Notes: generated by a model from the letters alone, not told the origin. A DNA stretch of 32,000 nucleotides from Phycisphaera mikurensis NBRC 102666 (GCF_000284115.1 NC_017080.1:1290001-1322000); one strand, 5' to 3'; counted from the stretch's first letter, positions 1-9,635 are shown. Program-made: numbers and translations.

Positions 1-57
1 CAGCCGGCGGGCGGCGGCGCAGGAGAGCAAGAAGTCGTCGTGGAGGTACGCGGGCAT
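1..57 (-). CDS. uxaC: Partial N-terminus of a glucuronate/uronate isomerase-like protein (runs off window start)
   Basis: Reverse complement of 1..57 starts ATG and reads MPAYLHDDFLLSCAAARRL, resembling the conserved UxaC N-terminus (..F..(D/E)DFLL....ARRL). Only 19 codons are visible. Confidence 0.5.
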   Translation of the reverse strand, partial: MPAYLHDDFLLSCAAARRL

Positions 58-120
58 GGCTTCGGGCAAGGCGGTGGGTGCGGCGGGCGCAGAAGGGTTG
101 GCGAAGCGACCGTCGCGGCC

Positions 121-1539
121 TCAGCGGCCGCGGCCGCGGGCGAGCCGGCGGCCGAGCGTCCGCAACGCCTCGAGCAGTTCGGCGGTCGTGGCGATCACGG
201 GCTCCCCGGGAGCGGGCCGCAGCACGCCGCGCCGCAGGCGGGAGAGCTCCGAGGCTTCGCGCTTGCTGCTCCGCAGCAGGCCGCTGAACTCGGCGTGGCG
301 GGCGGCCTGCGTCAGGTTCTGCGCGACGCTGTACAGATCGACGGCCGGACCCGGCGGGTCGTACGCGTTCTCGAACACCGGCGAGGTCACACGGTCCTTC
401 CGCTGCATCCGGCGCAGGTCCTGCCGGATGCGGGAGGAGGACAGCATCTCCTGCAGCAGCTTGTCGAGCATGCCGCGGCTGTCGAAGGTCTCGCCGACGC
501 GGATGCCCGAGCCGAAGTCGACGAGGCAGACGCCGCTGTCGGTGATGACGAAGTTGTCGAGGCGGAGGTCCAGGTGGACGATCCGCGCCACCCGGTGCAG
601 CTTCTCCACCAGCTCGACGGCGCCGGTGGCGAAGGCGACGGCGCCGATCGGCGGGCCGCCGAGCCGCAGCCACGACATCTCGATCCGCTTGACGAAGCCC
701 CGCTCGTCCTTCTCGAGGTCGAGCACCCGGGGGAAGCGGCCCGCGTCCACCAGCTCGGGGAGGCGCTCCTGCAGGATCTTCAGGAAGGCCGCTTCGCGGG
801 TGAGAAACACCGGGAAGATCTTGTTGCCGAGCTTCCGGGCCGCCTGCTCCAGGTCGGCGTGCTTGGCCCCGCCGCCGCGTTCGGCGTGCCGGGCCAGCCG
901 CCGCTGGATCGCGGTCATCGTCGGCACGCGCTTGATGACGCGGAAGCCGCTGGGCTGGCCGGCATCACGGCCGAGGCGGACGTCGAAGGAGTGGTGGTAG
1001 AGGCTCGGCCGGTCCTCGGGCTCGTGCCGCACCTTCCGCCAGGCGCGGGCGGCGGCGCGGCGGCCGGGCCATCCCAGCACCGGGCCCAGCAGGCCCGAGG
1101 GCGCCAGCGGCCAGGGCGGGAGCGGGCAGGGATCGCCCTCGGCCAGCCACTCGCCGCCCGCGAACCCGGCCTCGCGGGCGGCGAGCGCCCGCCGGTTGGC
1201 CGCCGTCAACAGCAGAACGCCGCCCCAGCGCAGCCGCGCGAGCAGGGCGTCGGCGGGCACCGCGGCGGGGGCGGCGGCGACGTAGAGGTTCACCGCCGGC
1301 TCCGGGGCCTCGGGGTCGGTGGGGGCCGGCGGCGCGGCGGCGGCCGCGGCGGGAAGCCGGTGCAGGCGGGCGACCCGCTCGGGCCCGGCCTGTCCGGGGC
1401 CTCTGGTGGGCTTCCCGTTCAGGCGCGTGGCGACGGCGGCCGCCACGGCGTCGCGGGCGCGGGGGGTGCCGGTTCCGGCGACGCCGCCGGGATCGCCGCG
1501 GCGCTGCCCGTCGGCGGGCGTCTCAGGGCGTCCGCTCAT
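121..1539 (-). CDS. Protein kinase-fold protein with an N-terminal methyltransferase-like remnant
   Basis: Track ORF 121..2202; the likely start is MSGRPET.. at 1539, overlapping the upstream gene by 17 bp. Motifs: VIKR (candidate ATP-binding Lys), IVHLDLRLDNFVI (HxDLxxxN catalytic loop), CLVDFGSG (DFG). The N-terminal region contains LRWGGVLLLTAANRRAL, like the C-terminal part of class I methyltransferases. Confidence 0.7.
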   Translation of the reverse strand: MSGRPETPADGQRRGDPGGVAGTGTPRARDAVAAAVATRLNGKPTRGPGQAGPERVARLHRLPAAAAAAPPAPTDPEAPEPAVNLYVAAAPAAVPADALLARLRWGGVLLLTAANRRALAAREAGFAGGEWLAEGDPCPLPPWPLAPSGLLGPVLGWPGRRAAARAWRKVRHEPEDRPSLYHHSFDVRLGRDAGQPSGFRVIKRVPTMTAIQRRLARHAERGGGAKHADLEQAARKLGNKIFPVFLTREAAFLKILQERLPELVDAGRFPRVLDLEKDERGFVKRIEMSWLRLGGPPIGAVAFATGAVELVEKLHRVARIVHLDLRLDNFVITDSGVCLVDFGSGIRVGETFDSRGMLDKLLQEMLSSSRIRQDLRRMQRKDRVTSPVFENAYDPPGPAVDLYSVAQNLTQAARHAEFSGLLRSSKREASELSRLRRGVLRPAPGEPVIATTAELLEALRTLGRRLARGRGR

Positions 1540-4438
1540 CCGCTCCGTCCGCGGGCTCCTGCCGTCGCTCCACGCGGGAGGCGGGCATCGACGAGGCGAT
1601 GTGCCGGTCGACGAGGCGGTCCAGCGCCGCCTCGTCGCTCGCGGCGGCGCGGGGCGGGGCGGCGTCGGCGGTGCCCGCCCCCTCGGACGAAGGGACGCCC
1701 GAGGCGATGCGCTCGGCGAGCTCCGCGGCGATCCGCTCGGGATCCCGCACTTCGGCTCCCGGTGCCTCCTGGGCGTCGTCGCGTCCCGCCGCGGCGGGAC
1801 CCGACCCGCTGCCCTCGCCGCTCGGGCCGTCTGCGTCCTCCTCGTCGCCGAAGCGGACGGCCGCGAGGACGTCGTCGAGCGCGACGTCCTCTTCCGAGCC
1901 CTCCTGATCGTCCCCGAAGCCCGGCGTCTCCGCGGCGGCCGCGGACGCCGCCTCGGCCTCGGCCTCGGCCGCGTCGGAACTCCCGATCCTCCGGGCCGCG
2001 GGTGCGAGCGCCGCGACGGCGGCTCGGTCCGCGGCGGTTCCGGCCGCGGGCGTGGCGGCCTCGGGCGGATCGGCCTTGGCCGCTTCCGCGGCGGGTCCGC
2101 GTCGCGGGTGGGCGGAGGAGCCGCCCACGGCGGCGGCGAACATGCCCGAGCCCTGGTCCTGCCAGCCCTGCTCCAGCGCCGCCCGCGCCGAGGCGGGGGC
2201 ACCGGGCCGCGGCGAGCCCGGGCGGCCCATCCGGTTCAGCACAGTGCCCAGCACGACCGCACCGCTGGCGCGCAGCCGGGCGAGGGCCCGGTCCACCGCG
2301 GCCTGCCGCTCGCCGCCGCTGACCACCAGCACGACGCCGTCGGCGGCGGCGGCGGCGAAGAGGGCGTCGAGGCCCACGGCGACGGCGGAGGTGTCGATGA
2401 GCGTGACGTCGTGCAGCGGCCGGGCTTCGTCCACGAGCCGGCGGATGTGCCGACCGGAGAGGCGGCTGCCCTCCAGCGGGCCGGGACCCGCGGGCAGCAG
2501 CGACAGCCCCGGGATCTTCGTCTCGAAGCACGCGGCCTCGAGCCCGTCGCCCCCGAGGAAGGCCGGCAGGCCGATCGGCTCGTCCGCCTCCGCGTGCTCC
2601 AGCAGGTCGGCGTCCTCGGGGTGCAGGTAGCCCATCCGCAGCGCAGCGGTCTGCAGGGTCTGCCGGTCGCTGGTGGCTTCGGCGTCGGGACGGTCCGCCC
2701 AGGCGGCGTCGACGAGGAGCACGCGCTCGCCCGCGGCGGCCAGCGACGCGGCGAGCCCGAGGCACAGCCCGGTCTTGCCGCTGCCCGGCCCGCTGCTGGT
2801 GACCGCGAAGGTGCGTCCGCCGGGCTCGGCCGCGGAGCCGGCGGCGCGGCCGGCCCGGCCCTCGAGCATCGCCCGCACCGCGTGCACCGCGTCGGCGAGC
2901 GCCGCGGCCTCGTCCCGGGCCCGCTGCTGCTCTCTCTCGGAGAGCGGGCCCTCGGCGCCCGTGCCCGCGGCCTGGCCGCGGACCAGCGGGACGGTGCCCA
3001 GAACGGCGACGCCCCGCGCCGACCAGGGCCGGCTGTCCCCGCGGGAGACGCGGTCGTCGGAGGCGAGGTACAGCAGCACGCCCAACGCGCCCAGCAGCGA
3101 GCCGAGCACCGCCCCGAGCGCGGCACCGCGGGGGCGCGCGTCCGCGACGGGCGTGGCCGAGGCTTCTCCCGCGGTCACCCGGTCGAGCGCAGCGGCGGGC
3201 AGGGGGGCGGCGCGGAGGCGGGCGGCGGTCTCGGCGGCGTTCTCCGCGGCGGTCTGCAGCTCCTGCTGTTTCCAACGCAGCGACTGCAGGGCCGATCGCT
3301 CGAGCTTCGCGACGGCCGAAGCCGACGCCGCCGCCCGGGCGTCGATGCCGGCGGCCGCGGCGTCCCGCTCGAGATCGGACAGGCGGACGAAGGCCCGACG
3401 CCCGTCCTCGGCCTCGACGAAGCGCGCGTCCTCCACCACGGCGGCGAAGCGGGCCGCCGCCGCGGCGGCCTCCCCCAACGACCCGACGAGGCCGCGGTTG
3501 CGGGCCGCCGAAGCCAGGGCGTCCGCGGCCGCCTGGGCCGCCCGGACCGCCGCGTCCTGGGCGGCGGGCTGCTCGCGGACGAGCGAGGCCGCGAAGAACA
3601 GCGGGTCGCGGGCCGACGCCCGGGCGTCCCGCACGCGGGCATCGGCGGCACGCCGCCGCTGCGCCGTGCCGGCCTCGGCGGCCGCGAGCACCGCGGGGTC
3701 GCTGCCCGCGGCGAGGCGGTCCTCCGCCCGCGCCACCTCCACGCCGTTCATCGCCAGCGCCGTCCGGGTCGCTTGCACCTGCGCCTCGGCCTCCCGCCGC
3801 GCGGCGGCCGCCGTCTCGACCTCGGCCGAGCCCGGCAGAGCGGTCTTCCGCTCGAAAGCGGTCGCGAGCGCCGCGGCCGATGCGGCCGCCCCGGCGGGGT
3901 CGGGATCCCGGACCTCCACCACGAGGCCGAAGGGCGGCCGGCCGCTCACGCTCGCCTCGATCCCGGCCCGGTCGGCCAGGTCGGTCAGGACGGCCGCTTC
4001 ACGCTGCAAGGTCTCGGCCACATTGAGCGCCTCCGCCGGCACGCCGCCCACGCCGCCGGCCACCGTCCGCGGCTGCAGCTCGACGCCGACCTCGGCGCCG
4101 AAGCGGGGCTCGCCCTGCAGGTACCCGATGGCCGCGCCGGGCACGGCCGCCGCCAGCGCCACGCCGACCAGCAGCGGCCACCGCTGGGCCGCCCGCCCGC
4201 AGAAGCGCCCCCAGCCGCCGGGATCGGAGGCGTCGTCCGCGGGCTCCCGCGGGTCGACCGCGGGCGCGGGATCGAGCGCCGCGGCGGGGGGCGCGGCATC
4301 GGGCCGGCGCGGGGCACCGCTCGCCGCGGGAGCGAGGGCGCGCGCGGCGTTGCCGTTGAACTTCCAGCGGGCCGGGTAGAGGTCGTCCGCGGATCGGCGG
4401 CCGTTGCGGCGGTCGGCGGGATCGTGGGTGTCGCTCAA
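1523..4438 (-). CDS. Wzz/chain-length-determinant-like membrane protein fused to CpsD/BY-kinase-like P-loop ATPase domain
   Basis: Track ORF 1523..4519 (998 aa). A TTG start (LSDTHDP..) at 4438, with GAGAGAAAGAG upstream, is plausible. Two TM segments (RWPLLVGVALAAAVPGAAIGYL and GAALGAVLGSLLGALGVLLYLAS) bracket an Ala-rich coiled region. Walker A-like TSSGPGSGKTGLCLGLA, then VLLVDAAW and VTLIDTSAVAVGLDAL. Confidence 0.7.
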   Translation of the reverse strand: MSDTHDPADRRNGRRSADDLYPARWKFNGNAARALAPAASGAPRRPDAAPPAAALDPAPAVDPREPADDASDPGGWGRFCGRAAQRWPLLVGVALAAAVPGAAIGYLQGEPRFGAEVGVELQPRTVAGGVGGVPAEALNVAETLQREAAVLTDLADRAGIEASVSGRPPFGLVVEVRDPDPAGAAASAAALATAFERKTALPGSAEVETAAAARREAEAQVQATRTALAMNGVEVARAEDRLAAGSDPAVLAAAEAGTAQRRRAADARVRDARASARDPLFFAASLVREQPAAQDAAVRAAQAAADALASAARNRGLVGSLGEAAAAAARFAAVVEDARFVEAEDGRRAFVRLSDLERDAAAAGIDARAAASASAVAKLERSALQSLRWKQQELQTAAENAAETAARLRAAPLPAAALDRVTAGEASATPVADARPRGAALGAVLGSLLGALGVLLYLASDDRVSRGDSRPWSARGVAVLGTVPLVRGQAAGTGAEGPLSEREQQRARDEAAALADAVHAVRAMLEGRAGRAAGSAAEPGGRTFAVTSSGPGSGKTGLCLGLAASLAAAGERVLLVDAAWADRPDAEATSDRQTLQTAALRMGYLHPEDADLLEHAEADEPIGLPAFLGGDGLEAACFETKIPGLSLLPAGPGPLEGSRLSGRHIRRLVDEARPLHDVTLIDTSAVAVGLDALFAAAAADGVVLVVSGGERQAAVDRALARLRASGAVVLGTVLNRMGRPGSPRPGAPASARAALEQGWQDQGSGMFAAAVGGSSAHPRRGPAAEAAKADPPEAATPAAGTAADRAAVAALAPAARRIGSSDAAEAEAEAASAAAAETPGFGDDQEGSEEDVALDDVLAAVRFGDEEDADGPSGEGSGSGPAAAGRDDAQEAPGAEVRDPERIAAELAERIASGVPSSEGAGTADAAPPRAAASDEAALDRLVDRHIASSMPASRVERRQEPADGADERTP

Positions 4439-4525
4439 GGTCGGCTCTTTCTCTCGGGGGAGGGGCCATCCGGGATCCGGATGCGCAGCGGGCGGGGAAC
4501 GGGGGCGGCCCGCCCACACGCCAGC

Positions 4526-5746
4526 TTAAACCCGCGGCGAGGGCTCGCGAACGGCATTCATCGGTTCGCAGCGCTCTCCGCTCATCGGCCGGGCGGGGCC
4601 CGGTTCCTCCGGCCGCGCCCGCAGCGTCTCCTCAACGTCCGAGAAGAAAGCGCGGACCGCGTCCGCGTCCGGAAGGGCCTGCACCCGGTGCCGCAGGCGC
4701 GGCCACGGCTGCAGGTGGGCCGAGTACTTGCTGATGCGCTGGCGGAGCGTCCGCAGCGCAACGGCCTCCCCGCGGTGCCGCACCAGCAGCTCGAAGTGCA
4801 GCAGCACCAGCCGCGCCCGCTCCGCCCGCGGCAGCGGCGGGGGGTCGGCGCCCGTCGCCAGCCGCGCGGCGCAGTCGCGGAAGAGCCAGGGCTGGCCCAT
4901 CGCGCCCCGGGCGATCATCACCCCGTCGCAGCCGGTCGCCGCCACCATCGCGGCCGCGTCCTGCGGGGTGTCGACGTCGCCGTTGCCGATCACCGGGACC
5001 AGCGGGTGCTCCGCCTTCACCGCCTCGACCGTCCGCGCGATCCCCTCCAGGCGCACGCTGGGCTTGAACCGCATCGCGGTCGTCCGCCCGTGCACGGTGA
5101 TCGCCGCGACGCCCGCGTCGCACAGCCGCGGCGGCAGCGTGTCCGCCACGAAGGAGTCGTCGTCCCAGCCCAGCCGGATCTTCGCGGTCACCGGCACCTT
5201 CACCGACCGCACCACCGCCGCCGCGAGGGCGACGGTGCCCGCCGGGTCGCACAGCAGCTTCGAGCCGCCGTGCTTCTTGGTGACCTTGTCCACCGGGCAG
5301 CCCATGTTGATGTCGATGACGGCGGCGCCGCGGTCCTCCGCCCACCGCGCGGCCTCGCAGAGGATGCCGGGGTCGCTCCCGTACAGCTGCATGCACACCG
5401 GACGGTCCGCGGGGTCGGTGGCCGCCCGCCACATCGCCCGGTCGGCCTCACGGAGCACCGCGTGCGGGCACAGCAGCTCGGTCGAGGCGAGGCCGACGGC
5501 GCCGTAGGTCCCGTCGCCGGCGTCCCGCTCCCCGCCCCGGTCGCCGGGGGCGCAGGGCACGCCGCGGACCGAGCGGACGCACAGCCGGTAGGCCAGGTCG
5601 AAGTAGCCCGCAACGGGCGCGAGCAGCAGGTTCGTCGGCAAGACCACGTCGCCGATGCGCAGCGACAGCCGCCCGCGGTGCGGCGGCGCGGCGGCGGGGG
5701 CGGCGGCGGGGGCGGGGGGAGGCTCGGAGGCGGCGGCCGGGCTCAT
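4526..5746 (-). CDS. dusB: tRNA-dihydrouridine synthase (DusB-like)
   Basis: 406 aa. NLLLAPVAGYFDLAYR, DINMGCPVDKVTKKHGGSKLLCDP, VTAKIRLGWDD, VHGRT, VIGNGDVDTPQDAAAM, GVMIARGAMGQPWLF are typical Dus motifs. Confidence 0.92.
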   Translation of the reverse strand: MSPAAASEPPPAPAAAPAAAPPHRGRLSLRIGDVVLPTNLLLAPVAGYFDLAYRLCVRSVRGVPCAPGDRGGERDAGDGTYGAVGLASTELLCPHAVLREADRAMWRAATDPADRPVCMQLYGSDPGILCEAARWAEDRGAAVIDINMGCPVDKVTKKHGGSKLLCDPAGTVALAAAVVRSVKVPVTAKIRLGWDDDSFVADTLPPRLCDAGVAAITVHGRTTAMRFKPSVRLEGIARTVEAVKAEHPLVPVIGNGDVDTPQDAAAMVAATGCDGVMIARGAMGQPWLFRDCAARLATGADPPPLPRAERARLVLLHFELLVRHRGEAVALRTLRQRISKYSAHLQPWPRLRHRVQALPDADAVRAFFSDVEETLRARPEEPGPARPMSGERCEPMNAVREPSPRV

Positions 5747-5774
5747 CGCGATCCGCGGACCGTAGGCCCGCGAC

Positions 5775-5800
5775 CGCCGCGGACCCGGCGGTCCGCGGCG
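5775..5800. terminator. Strong GC-rich hairpin downstream of the HEAT-like gene (T-tract-less)
   Basis: Perfect 10-bp stem CGCCGCGGAC (5775-5784) / GTCCGCGGCG (5791-5800), 6-nt loop, in the 5891/5746 intergenic gap. Confidence 0.5.
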
Positions 5801-5808
5801 CTTCCCCC

Positions 5809-5846
5809 GCTCCGCCGGCCGGGGGGCCCGGCGGGGCCGGCGGAGC
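5809..5846. terminator. Second strong GC-rich hairpin in the same gap
   Basis: Perfect 12-bp stem GCTCCGCCGGCC (5809-5820) / GGCCGGCGGAGC (5835-5846), 14-nt loop. Confidence 0.5.
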
Positions 5847-5890
5847 CGGTGAGGCCTCTGCCGGCCGTCGCGGCGGCTGGAGGCGTTCCG

Positions 5891-8107
5891 TCAGGGTGAT
5901 CCCGGGTCGAGCAGGTCCTCCACCGCGGCGATCCGCGCGCTCACGCCGGGCTTCATCGCGGGACCCAGCAGCAGGCGCAGCTCGTTGAGGACGCGGCGGG
6001 CGCGGCTGCGGCGGCCGGCCCGGGCCTGCTCGTCGGCGACGTCGAGCAGCAGGTCGACCAGCGGGTCGCCCGCGGCGGGCTGGACCAGCACGCCGCCGGG
6101 GGCCGTGAAGAGGGCGCGGGCCACGCCGAAGGCCCGATCCAGCTGGTCCGAGAGCAGCGCCGCCTTGACGAATCCGCGGGTGGCCCGCTCGCGCTGGTCG
6201 TCGGAAAGCACCTCGGCGGGGGCGAGCTCCGCCGGCCCACCCGGGGCCCCGCCCGGGGTCGCCGCCGGCACCAGCGCCTCGAAGTCGGGCACCGCGAGGC
6301 GGGGCCGCCCGTCGGCGAGGCGCAGCTCGCCGCGGGCGAGCAGCAGCGCGGCCCGGGCGATCGGCCCGGTGCCGCCGGGCCGGCGGTCCAGCGCCGCGGT
6401 CAGCACCGCTTCCCGCAGCGCGGGCGCAGCGCCCGCCCGCTCCAGCGTGGAGGCCACGCCGGCGACGGCATCGGGGTCGGTCCGCCCGGCCGCGGCCACC
6501 AGCGCCCGCTCCCAAGCCACCCGCTCCGCCGGATCGGCCGGGGGGCGGGCGGCCAGGGCGAGCAGCGCAGGCGCGTCGCGGCCCCGGCGGCTGGTGGCGG
6601 TGATCGCCACCGGGCGGATCACCGGATCGTCCGCCCGCTGCGCCAGCGGCAGCAGCGGGCGGTCGGCGTCGGCCCAAGCCTGGGCGGCGGCACGCTTGAC
6701 CACGGGGTCGGGGTGGTCGATCCAGGCCCCGATGCGGGCGAAGTCGCGGTCGCCGCCGAGGCGTCCGAGCAGCGTGACCACCGCCGGCGGCGGATCCAGC
6801 GGGCCCTCGTCGGCCGGGCCCAGCAGCCGCCGGACCCGGCGCAGCACCCGCAGCCGCTGCGCGTCGCCGAGCAGGCCGGCCTCGGCCGTGGCCGCCAGCA
6901 CCGCCGCCGCCTCGGGCCCCAGCGCCGGGTCGTCGAGCAGCTCGTAGGCCGCCTCCACCGCCTGCACCCGCGGCTGCCGCGTCAGCAGGCGGAGGTCCGC
7001 GCGGAGCACCGCCGTCACCGCCTCTCCGCCCGCCGCGAGGCGGGCCGCCAGCAGGTCCGCCGCCGGGCCGTCGCCCAAGTCGCGGAGGAGCGCCGCGGCG
7101 CGGCGGCGGGTGTCCGGCCGCACCGCGTCGAGGTTGGCCCGCAGCGCCCGCCTCAGCGGCTCGTCGAAGCCTTCGCCGGCGGACAGCCGCTGCTCCGCGA
7201 GGGTCAGGCCCAGCTCCGCGAGCGGCCCGAGCTCGTCGCCGAGCAGGTCGGTCAGCACGCGGGGCTTGTCCGCCTCGCCGGCGACGCGGTACAGCGTCGC
7301 GTTGAGCGTGACGAGGCGGTCGACGAGCTGGTCGGTGTTGACGCCCGCAACGGCCTCCCGCCGCTCCACGTTGCGGAAGAGGCTGCGGGCCCAGGCCTCG
7401 GCGTCGAGCTTGCGGTTGTCGCGCCACCAGGTGGTCCAGGCCCGCGGATCCTCCCCGTAGGCGTCGATGCCCGACAGCGTGGCGAGGCTGGCGAAGGCCG
7501 CCGACCGCACGTCGCCGGGCCGGCGGGCGTCGGTGAGGGCGACCAGCAGCTCGGCCACGGGCCGGGTCCGCCGCTCGCCGAGCACCGCGATCGCGCGGTT
7601 CCGCAGCGGCTGCGGCGTGTCGGCCCGCTCGGCGAGGCGCATCAGCTCGTTCGCCACCCGCCCCCGCTCGTAGCGGGCGAGGGCGCGGCCCAGGTCGTCG
7701 AGCAGCGGGGGAGCGACGTCGCCCAGCCGCCGCATCAGCGGCTCGCGCATCGCCTCGGGCGGCGGCCTCCCCGGCGGCCGCGCCGCGATCGCCTGAAGCA
7801 CCGCCTGGTTGACCGCGGGCGTGCGGGCCGGCTCGACCGCCCATGCGAGCACCCGCAGCGCGTCCTGGCCGCCGTCCTCGAGCAGGCGCGTGGCGGCGGC
7901 GGTCCGCCCCGCGAGGTCGAGCCCGGCCGAGGAGAGCCGCCGGTAATCGCCGAGCACGCGCGACGAGAGCAGGCCCTCGTTCAGCCGCACCGGCCCCCGA
8001 TCGACCCGGTCGCGGCCGCAGCCCGCCGGCACGCCGGCGCCCGCGACCGCCAGCAGCGCAGCGAGCAGCGCCGCGTGCTTGCGTCGTGGCGGCGGGGTGC
8101 GGGGCAT
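5891..8107 (-). CDS. HEAT-like repeat lipoprotein
   Basis: Track ORF 5891..8149. The alternative start MPRTPPPRRK at 8107 gives a compact signal peptide, HAALLAALLAVAGAGVPAGC, with a lipobox-like Cys. The body is repeated Ala/Leu/Arg-rich helical hairpins (e.g. QPLRNRAIAVLGERRTRPVAELLVAL). Confidence 0.7.
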   Translation of the reverse strand: MPRTPPPRRKHAALLAALLAVAGAGVPAGCGRDRVDRGPVRLNEGLLSSRVLGDYRRLSSAGLDLAGRTAAATRLLEDGGQDALRVLAWAVEPARTPAVNQAVLQAIAARPPGRPPPEAMREPLMRRLGDVAPPLLDDLGRALARYERGRVANELMRLAERADTPQPLRNRAIAVLGERRTRPVAELLVALTDARRPGDVRSAAFASLATLSGIDAYGEDPRAWTTWWRDNRKLDAEAWARSLFRNVERREAVAGVNTDQLVDRLVTLNATLYRVAGEADKPRVLTDLLGDELGPLAELGLTLAEQRLSAGEGFDEPLRRALRANLDAVRPDTRRRAAALLRDLGDGPAADLLAARLAAGGEAVTAVLRADLRLLTRQPRVQAVEAAYELLDDPALGPEAAAVLAATAEAGLLGDAQRLRVLRRVRRLLGPADEGPLDPPPAVVTLLGRLGGDRDFARIGAWIDHPDPVVKRAAAQAWADADRPLLPLAQRADDPVIRPVAITATSRRGRDAPALLALAARPPADPAERVAWERALVAAAGRTDPDAVAGVASTLERAGAAPALREAVLTAALDRRPGGTGPIARAALLLARGELRLADGRPRLAVPDFEALVPAATPGGAPGGPAELAPAEVLSDDQRERATRGFVKAALLSDQLDRAFGVARALFTAPGGVLVQPAAGDPLVDLLLDVADEQARAGRRSRARRVLNELRLLLGPAMKPGVSARIAAVEDLLDPGSP

Positions 8108-8234
8108 GGTGCGGGGCGGGGTGCGGGGGCTTTCGGCCGGCCCGGGCATCGGCCCGACGAGCGGCCGGGCGACAGGATCCGGCGGCCGCGGCGGGCGGCT
8201 TCTCGCCGGCTTCCGTACGCTCTACCTTGCCCGC

Positions 8235-9635
8235 ATGATCGACCTGCGCCGGCTCCGCGAGAACCCCGACCGCTTCCGCAAGGGCACCGCCGACAAGGGC
8301 GGCGACGCCGAGCTGGTCGACCAGCTGGTGGAGGCCGACGCCGCCGCCCGCTCGATCCGGGCCACCCTCGAAGACCTGGTCGCCGAGAAGAACCAGCTCG
8401 GCAAGGCGGTGGGAGAGGCCGCCGCGAAGCTCAAGCTCGCCCGGCCCGAGGACGAGGAGCGGATGAAGCAGCGTTTCGCCGATCTCCAGAAGCGGCCCAA
8501 CGCGATCAAGGCGGAGCAGGAGAAGCTCGCCGAGCCGCTCCGCGCGGCCGAGGCCGAGCGTGACCGCCTCTGGCTGCTGATCCCCCAGCCCGCCGACGAG
8601 GACGTGCCCGTCGGCCGCGACGCTTCCGAGAACGTCGAACGCTCGCGGTGGCACCCCGAGGGCGGCTTCGATCCGGCGAAGAGCTTCGAGGACAACCGCG
8701 GCTTCCGCGGCAAGTCGCACGTCGAGCTCGGCGAGGCCCTGGGTCTCTTCGAGTTCGAGCGGGGGGTCCGCGCCTCCGGCTCGCGCAGCTACGTGCTCAC
8801 CGGCATGGGCATGCGGCTGCACCAGGCCGTGCTCCGCCACGCCTTCGACCGGATGGTGGAGCGGCACGGCTTCACGCCGATGTCCTCCGCCGCGCTGGTG
8901 AAGCACGAGACGATGGTCGGCACCGGCTTCTTCCCCGGCGGCCGCGACCAGGTGTACGACGTCGCGAACCCCACCAGCGAGGACGGCCTGGCCCTCTCGG
9001 GCACCGGCGAGGTCGGGCTGATGGCGTACCACCAGGGCGAGATCCTCGCCGCCGAGGACCTGCCCCGGAAGTACGTCACGCTGTCGACCTGCTTCCGGCG
9101 CGAGGCCGGCGCCGCCGGTCGCGACGCGGCCGGGCTCTACCGCATCCACCAGTTCGACAAGGTCGAGCAGGTGATCCTCTGCGAGAGCTCCGAAGAGGCC
9201 AGCCGCGCCCACCACCGCGACATGCTCGGCCACGTCACCGGCATGCTCCAAGACCTCGGCCTGCCCCACCGGGAGCTGCAGTGCTGCACCGGCGACCTGG
9301 GCCTCAAGAACGCGGACATGGTCGACGTCGAGTGCTGGATGCCCAGCCGCGTGCTCCCCGACGCCCCCGCCGGCGACCCGAGCGGCTGGGGCGAGACCCA
9401 CTCCGCCAGCCGCCTCTACGACTTCCAGACCCGCCGGCTGAGCCTGCGCTACCGCGACGCGTCCGACCCCAGAGGCCGCAAGACCGCCTTCTGCCACAGC
9501 CTCAACAACACGGTCGCGGCGAGCCCGCGGCTGCTGATCCCGCTGCTGGAGATCCACCAGCAGGAGGACGGCTCGGTCTGGATCCCGGAGGTGCTGCGGC
9601 CGCACCTGGGCGGGATCGACCGGATCGGCGGGTGA
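8235..9635 (+). CDS. serS: Seryl-tRNA synthetase
   Basis: MIDLRRLRENPDRFRKG...; class II aaRS motifs, FRREAGAAGRDAAGLYRIHQFDKVEQ, LQCCTGDLGLKNADMVDVECWMP, and a C-terminal HSLNNTVAASPRLLIPLLEIHQQEDGSVWIPEVLRP. Start set to the MIDL methionine inside track ORF 8079..9635. Confidence 0.95.
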   Translation: MIDLRRLRENPDRFRKGTADKGGDAELVDQLVEADAAARSIRATLEDLVAEKNQLGKAVGEAAAKLKLARPEDEERMKQRFADLQKRPNAIKAEQEKLAEPLRAAEAERDRLWLLIPQPADEDVPVGRDASENVERSRWHPEGGFDPAKSFEDNRGFRGKSHVELGEALGLFEFERGVRASGSRSYVLTGMGMRLHQAVLRHAFDRMVERHGFTPMSSAALVKHETMVGTGFFPGGRDQVYDVANPTSEDGLALSGTGEVGLMAYHQGEILAAEDLPRKYVTLSTCFRREAGAAGRDAAGLYRIHQFDKVEQVILCESSEEASRAHHRDMLGHVTGMLQDLGLPHRELQCCTGDLGLKNADMVDVECWMPSRVLPDAPAGDPSGWGETHSASRLYDFQTRRLSLRYRDASDPRGRKTAFCHSLNNTVAASPRLLIPLLEIHQQEDGSVWIPEVLRPHLGGIDRIGG

